DNA of 10,160 bases from Methanotrichaceae archaeon (GTDB lineage Archaea > Halobacteriota > Methanosarcinia > Methanotrichales > Methanotrichaceae). Location of the stretch: the NCBI GenBank assembly GCA_963813075.1, contig CAWEXU010000001.1:1-10160 (forward strand). The letters run 5' to 3'. A model generated the notes under the pieces. The model did not search any database and had not been told where the DNA came from. It saw nothing but the letters and a program-made list of their open reading frames with translations. The position numbers were made by a program, and so were the translations under genes. Positions 6,477 through 10,160 of this stretch are shown piece by piece (positions within the stretch are counted from its first letter, which is position 1; each line of letters starts with the position of its first letter).

Positions 6477-7633
6477 ACTCTCCCCAGCGCCGATATCCCC
6501 CTGAACCTCTCCACCGCCTCAACAATGCTCTCTGCCACATACTCCACCTCCTCTGTGGTGTTGGACATCCCCAGGGTGATCCGCAGAGAGCCGTGGCACT
6601 CCTCCGGTTTCAGGCCCAGGGACATGAGGACATGACTTGGCTCCAGCTTGTGAGACGAGCAGGCGGAGCCGGTGGAAACGCATATCCCTTTGGAGTCTAA
6701 GAAGAGCAACAACGACTCGCCCTCCACATACTTGAATCCGAAGTTCAGGTTGCCGGGAAGCCTCTTTTTCATAGTTCCATTTATCCAGGCCTCCTTGACT
6801 TTTCCCAGGACAAGCTCAGCCAGGCGGTCGCGCATTGCAGTCAGCCTTTCCGCCTCCTGAGGCATGTTCTTTTCCGCCAGCTCTGCCGCCCGAGCCAGGC
6901 CCACAATGCCGGATATGTTCTCCGTTCCCGATCTCAGGCCGCGTTCGTGGCCCCCTCCCTGGATGATGCTCTCAAGGCTTGTGCCTTTGCGGATGTATAG
7001 AGCCCCCACTCCCTTCGGCCCGTAGAGCTTATGGGCGGAAAGGGATAGCAGATCGAGACCGAGGTCGTCTACATTGACCGGGATCTTGCCCACGCTCTGC
7101 ACGGCGTCAGTATGCAGATAGATGTCCTTCTCCGCAGCCAGGTGGCCGATCTCCTCCAGGGGCTGGATGGTTCCCACCTCGTTGTTGGCGTGCATCACCG
7201 AGATCAGAATGGTGTCCGGGCGGATGGCTGCTTCCAGGGTGGAGAGCTCGACCAGGCCCTCCTGGTTCACAGGCAGGTAGGTCACCAGAAATCCCTCCTT
7301 CTCCAGGGCCCGGCAGGTCTCCAGAATCGCCGGATGCTCGATTTGGGTGGTGATGATATGCTTTCCATGCTTTTGATTTTTGCGGGCGATGCCCTTCAGT
7401 GCCAGGTTGTCTGACTCCGTCCCCCCGGAGGTGAAGATGATCTCCTCCGCTTTCGCCCCCAGCAGGGCTGCCACCTTCATTCTGGAGTCCTCCAGAGCCT
7501 CTCTGGCCTCCCGGCCTGATCGGTGCAGGCTGGAGGCATTGCCGAACTTCTCGCCGAAATAGGGCAGCATGGCTGCCAGCACCTCGGGCGCCACTGGGGT
7601 GGTGGCGGAATGGTCCATGTAAATGCGCTTCAT
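6473..7633 (-). CDS. iscS: Cysteine desulfurase (group I, IscS/NifS)
   Basis: YMDHSATTP, FGNASSLH, FTSGGTES, HANNEVG, HTDAVQ, PLP-lysine motif SAHKLYGPKGVG, RSGTEN, and catalytic loop STGSACSS. Confidence 0.97.
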   Translation of the reverse strand: MKRIYMDHSATTPVAPEVLAAMLPYFGEKFGNASSLHRSGREAREALEDSRMKVAALLGAKAEEIIFTSGGTESDNLALKGIARKNQKHGKHIITTQIEHPAILETCRALEKEGFLVTYLPVNQEGLVELSTLEAAIRPDTILISVMHANNEVGTIQPLEEIGHLAAEKDIYLHTDAVQSVGKIPVNVDDLGLDLLSLSAHKLYGPKGVGALYIRKGTSLESIIQGGGHERGLRSGTENISGIVGLARAAELAEKNMPQEAERLTAMRDRLAELVLGKVKEAWINGTMKKRLPGNLNFGFKYVEGESLLLFLDSKGICVSTGSACSSHKLEPSHVLMSLGLKPEECHGSLRITLGMSNTTEEVEYVAESIVEAVERFRGISALGRV

Positions 7634-7692
7634 CCATTTTTCTTATGAGAGCTGAGGGTAAATAGATGGCGAACTCGAAATAGGGAAACTCA

Positions 7693-7710
7693 AAAGAGAA
7701 ACTATAAGTA
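7693..7710 (+). promoter_or_regulatory. Probable BRE/TATA promoter of the 82-aa gene
   Basis: Purine-rich AAAGAGAAA then CTATAAGTA about 25-30 nt before ATG 7733. No SD is visible, consistent with a leaderless transcript. Confidence 0.45.
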
Positions 7711-7732
7711 CGCAGCCGGGGGACTGCAGAAT

Positions 7733-7981
7733 ATGGACATAGCCATTCCACTATTTTCTACTCCGCTCTTGATAGCTGCCGCTCTGATCGGTCTGGGATT
7801 TCTGATCTATCCCTTCTCGGCGAGGCTGGGGGTAGTGAGCATCGGAGTAGGGACGGCGATCATGGGGATAGTGGTCCTCTTTGACCTGCCCAATGGATTT
7901 GCAATCGAGAGCCTGGTGCTGTTCGGCTTCACAGTGGTGGTCGGGGTGTGGATGGTTTATGTGGGCGTGAAGAACGGCTGA
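7733..7981 (+). CDS. Small hypothetical membrane protein, about three transmembrane helices
   Basis: 82-aa ORF with three hydrophobic stretches; TATA-like box upstream; divergent from iscS. Confidence 0.8.
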   Translation: MDIAIPLFSTPLLIAAALIGLGFLIYPFSARLGVVSIGVGTAIMGIVVLFDLPNGFAIESLVLFGFTVVVGVWMVYVGVKNG

Positions 7982-8117
7982 CATATATTTTCTGAAGAAT
8001 TCCCCCGGCGGGGGAGGGCGGAGACTCTGGGCCACAACGGCGAAGCTTTCTCGCAGTCCGGGCCGAAGACGAGATGCAGCTGATATTTCTTGAGGGCGGG
8101 AATGGATCTCATTCAGT

Positions 8118-8133
8118 GGGAAATGCTTATATG
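8118..8133 (+). promoter_or_regulatory. BRE/TATA promoter of tRNA-Pro
   Basis: GGGAAATGCTTATATG about 30 nt upstream of the mature tRNA 5' end. Confidence 0.6.
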
Positions 8134-8162
8134 CCACTTGTACATCCTATGGAGCGCTGTGC

Positions 8163-8235
8163 GGGGCCATAGGGTAGCCTGGTATCCTACAGGACTGGGG
8201 GTCCTGTGACCGGCGTTCAAATCGCCGTGGCCCCA
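8163..8235 (+). tRNA. tRNA-Pro (anticodon GGG), intronless, CCA not encoded
   Basis: Acceptor stem GGGGCCA/TGGCCCC with discriminator A; D loop AGCCTGGT; anticodon arm CAGGA-CTGGGGG-TCCTG; T arm CGGCG-TTCAAAT-CGCCG. Confidence 0.97.
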
Positions 8236-8348
8236 TTGAGGCATTTTCGTGGTATTTTCTAAAGCAGTTACCTCCACTTTAATTTTTCCGGTAAAGCCGA
8301 AGAGAAGATATCACATGCGACCGGTTCAGGAGAAGAGGTGACAGTTCT

Positions 8349-8927
8349 ATGGAGAAGAAGATTGTTATTTTGATGAGGGAGGGCCGGAAAAGAACCCTGG
8401 AGACATTCCGGCTGGCGCGGGAATGGTCAAGCAGCCTGAACATCAAGAAGATTGTGCTGGCTTCCACCACCGGAGCCACCGCGGCTAAAGCGAGTGACTT
8501 TTTCCGCCAGGATGGGATCAAGCTGATCGTAGTGCCTCATCAGTGGGATTTTCACCGGGAGCGTAACGCCTTTCCTGAGCCGTTGACCAGAGAGCTGCAA
8601 AGAGAGGGGCATGCGGTTCATTTTGGCACCATGCTCTTTCATACCGACGGCCTCTACGGCTCAAACAGCGCTACCACCATGGCGAATCTCCTGCGTTGCT
8701 TCTGCCAGGGGGTAAAGGTCTGCTTCGAGATAGTGCTCATGGCTGCAGATGCCGGCCTCCTGGCCTCGGGCGAGAAGGTAATAGCAATAGCAGGGACCGC
8801 CTCCGGATCGGATACCGCTCTGGTGATGCAGGCCGCCTCCAGCCAGCATCTGAAGAGGCTGAGGGTCAATGAGATCATCTGCAAGCCTCTCAATCCCCTG
8901 AATATCGATGAGCTGAAAAGAGGCTGA
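8349..8927 (+). CDS. COG1751 / MTH1675-like protein (pyruvate kinase C-terminal alpha/beta-like domain), function unknown
   Basis: KKIVLASTTGATA, VVPHQ, QGVKVCFEIVLMAADAG, IAIAGTASGSDTA and EIICKP motifs; GAGGTGA SD at 8335-8341. Confidence 0.88.
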   Translation: MEKKIVILMREGRKRTLETFRLAREWSSSLNIKKIVLASTTGATAAKASDFFRQDGIKLIVVPHQWDFHRERNAFPEPLTRELQREGHAVHFGTMLFHTDGLYGSNSATTMANLLRCFCQGVKVCFEIVLMAADAGLLASGEKVIAIAGTASGSDTALVMQAASSQHLKRLRVNEIICKPLNPLNIDELKRG

Positions 8928-9033
8928 GAAGAAAAAAGATGGGGGATGAGATTGAAGGGGAGAAAAAGGGGCTCTTCGCTATTTCCTGTGGCTAACCAGA
9001 AGTTTCTATGATTTCCCAGTTCTTGGTTAGGCG

Positions 9034-9060
9034 CTCTGTGCGTACTCTGTGAACTTTGTG
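9034..9060. repeat. Three CT(C/T)TGTG units (CACAGAG on minus), REP-like
   Basis: CTCTGTG 9034-9040, CTCTGTG 9045-9051, CTTTGTG 9054-9060. Confidence 0.6.
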
Positions 9061-9081
9061 TCTCTTCCATGAAAACACACC

Positions 9082-9118
9082 AAAAAACCGGGGGATATCA
9101 GCCACCACTCCCCGGTTT
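9082..9118 (-). terminator. Hairpin plus T6 overlapping the transposase stop codon
   Basis: Perfect 9-bp inverted repeat AAACCGGGG (9085-9093) / CCCCGGTTT (9110-9118); on minus the stem runs into TTTTTT (9087-9082). Confidence 0.65.
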
Positions 9119-10160
9119 ACCTTCTCCAATGCGAACCACATTATTGACCACCAGATCCAGCCAGGTAAGCTGCGAGGAAGAGGATTTTCCATCGAAATCG
9201 AAGTCCAATCTCTTCTTCTTGAATCCTTCTTCTTCCCACATCTCGCGATTGACAAGAAGATGGTGTATTATGCTGAGAATTTTCCTGGAGAGCGCAGTAA
9301 TGGCCTTCGGCTTGCCTTTCCTGCGCAGCAATCGGAGATATACCTTTCTAAGTCGCGAATTTTTTGTCTTTGATGCTCCATGAGCTACCTGATTTAAGAT
9401 CCATCTAAGGCTTTTTGGACCATGTTTTGTAATCTTTCCAATAATATTCCTCTCAGCAGAATTTTTAACATCCGGTGTAAGACCAGCATAACATGCCAGT
9501 TGATCTCCATCTCCAAAATCTTTATAGTTCCCGACTTCTGCTAAGATGGTTATGGCAGCAATGAATTTGATGCCTGGAACTGACATCAGGATCTTTAAAT
9601 CATCGATGTAGGCATCTGGCTCTCTCGTATAATAACGCATCAATCTCATCAATGGTTTTCTGGATATCATCCATTGTATGAAGAGCTTTTCCGATAAGAA
9701 AGGCCTGTGTATCATCAAGCTGAACTGTAATATGCTCAGGCAATTCTTGAGCCCTTTTTCGAATCCTGTTGGTAGGGATTCCAGGGATCAGTTCCTTCAG
9801 CTCTTTCGTGCTACAAGACAATTCAAAATGTATCTGCCGGATACGCCGAATATATCCGATACGAATATAGAAAGAGTGATTCCTGCAGCATCAAGAACCT
9901 TATGAATCTGGTTCTTTAGCTTCGATCTAGTCTGGACGTACTGCTGGCGAGATCTTGTCTAGCCTCTTAAGACTCAACTGCTCGCTTGTGAATTTCCTGG
10001 AAGGATGAATCTCGTAATTGCTGAGACATCTAGAAGCCAACTTGCGAGCATCAATCTTATCCGTCTTCTTGGATGATGGAGATTTTATATCTCGAAGGAT
10101 TGACAACAATGACCGTGATCTCATAACAATACGTAACTGAACGGGTGCCTGCAGTAAACA
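9098..10160 (-). pseudogene. IS110-family transposase/recombinase with at least four frameshifts
   Basis: Stitched frames read EITVIVVNPS / DIKSPSSKKTDKIDARKLA...LKRL / TRSRQQYVQTRSKLKNQIHKVLDAAGI...SDIFGVSGRYIL / LKELIPG...IDEIDALL / LMSVPGI...ILAEVG...YAGLTPDVKNSA...ITKHGPKSLRWIL. This covers the DEDD RuvC-like and Transposase_20 domains. Shifts lie near 10092, 9959, 9805 and 9617. Confidence 0.9.

Larger units (their letters stand above)
9066..10160 (-). mobile_element. IS110-family insertion sequence, partial; upstream end outside the window, downstream boundary approximate
   Basis: IS110 transposase motifs; visibly more AT-rich than the housekeeping genes; no terminal inverted repeat or target duplication can be assessed. 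Confidence 0.85.

Noticed and set aside
6420..6635. CRISPR array, or the plus-strand ORF 6423-6635 (SHSLL repeats)
   Set aside because: Head-to-tail 15-mers with no spacers and no cas genes; the ORF is a by-product of the repeat and antisense to iscS.
7640..7700. GAGTTCGCCAT on minus resembling a fluoride riboswitch; weak AACTC(G/A)AAA direct repeat
   Set aside because: The GGCGAT 5' arm and GCTRATGAC 3' element are absent, and the repeat is too degenerate.
1244..7751. Many 60-250-aa antisense or alternate-frame ORFs (e.g. 1997-2575 +, 3392-3958 +, 4196-4942 +, 7107-7751 -)
   Set aside because: They shadow well-supported genes in GC-rich coding DNA and carry no motifs.
7751..8137. 128-aa minus ORF and TCCCCC-GGC-GGGGGA hairpin (8001-8015) as an ncRNA
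   Set aside because: The ORF overlaps the better-supported membrane protein gene; no SRP or RNase P signatures are visible; the hairpin alone is weak.
8210..10160. Genomic island integrated at tRNA-Pro
   Set aside because: I found no integrase and no second copy of the tRNA 3' end in the window; it cannot be tested without flanking sequence.

Overview
Archaeal chromosomal window, most likely from a Methanosarcinales/Methanotrichales methanogen such as Methanothrix (inferred from GGAGGTGA-type Shine-Dalgarno sites, TATA-like promoters, an archaeal-type tRNA-Pro with no encoded CCA, and a COG1751 gene). Minus strand, left to right: a frameshifted Zn/Mn-type (ZnuA/TroA family) ABC substrate-binding lipoprotein that runs off the left edge; a secreted protein with a Pro/Ala/Thr-rich linker and PEGA-like C-terminus; a 670-aa fusion of N-carbamoylputrescine amidohydrolase and agmatine deiminase; a CmoA-like SAM-binding protein; an ArsB/NhaD/SLC13-type transporter; and a cysteine desulfurase with no adjacent iscU. 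Plus strand: a candidate 38-aa basic microprotein, an 82-aa membrane protein, tRNA-Pro(GGG) and a COG1751 (PK_C-like) protein. The right end holds an IS110-family transposase with several frameshifts, abutting a CTCTGTG repeat and a hairpin. I cannot identify a clearly new multi-gene system. The best leads are the IS110 end and its repeat-like target, the AguB-AguA fusion, the CmoA-like protein, and the structured, uORF-containing leader of the metal transporter. Indels at both ends of the window may be sequencing errors.
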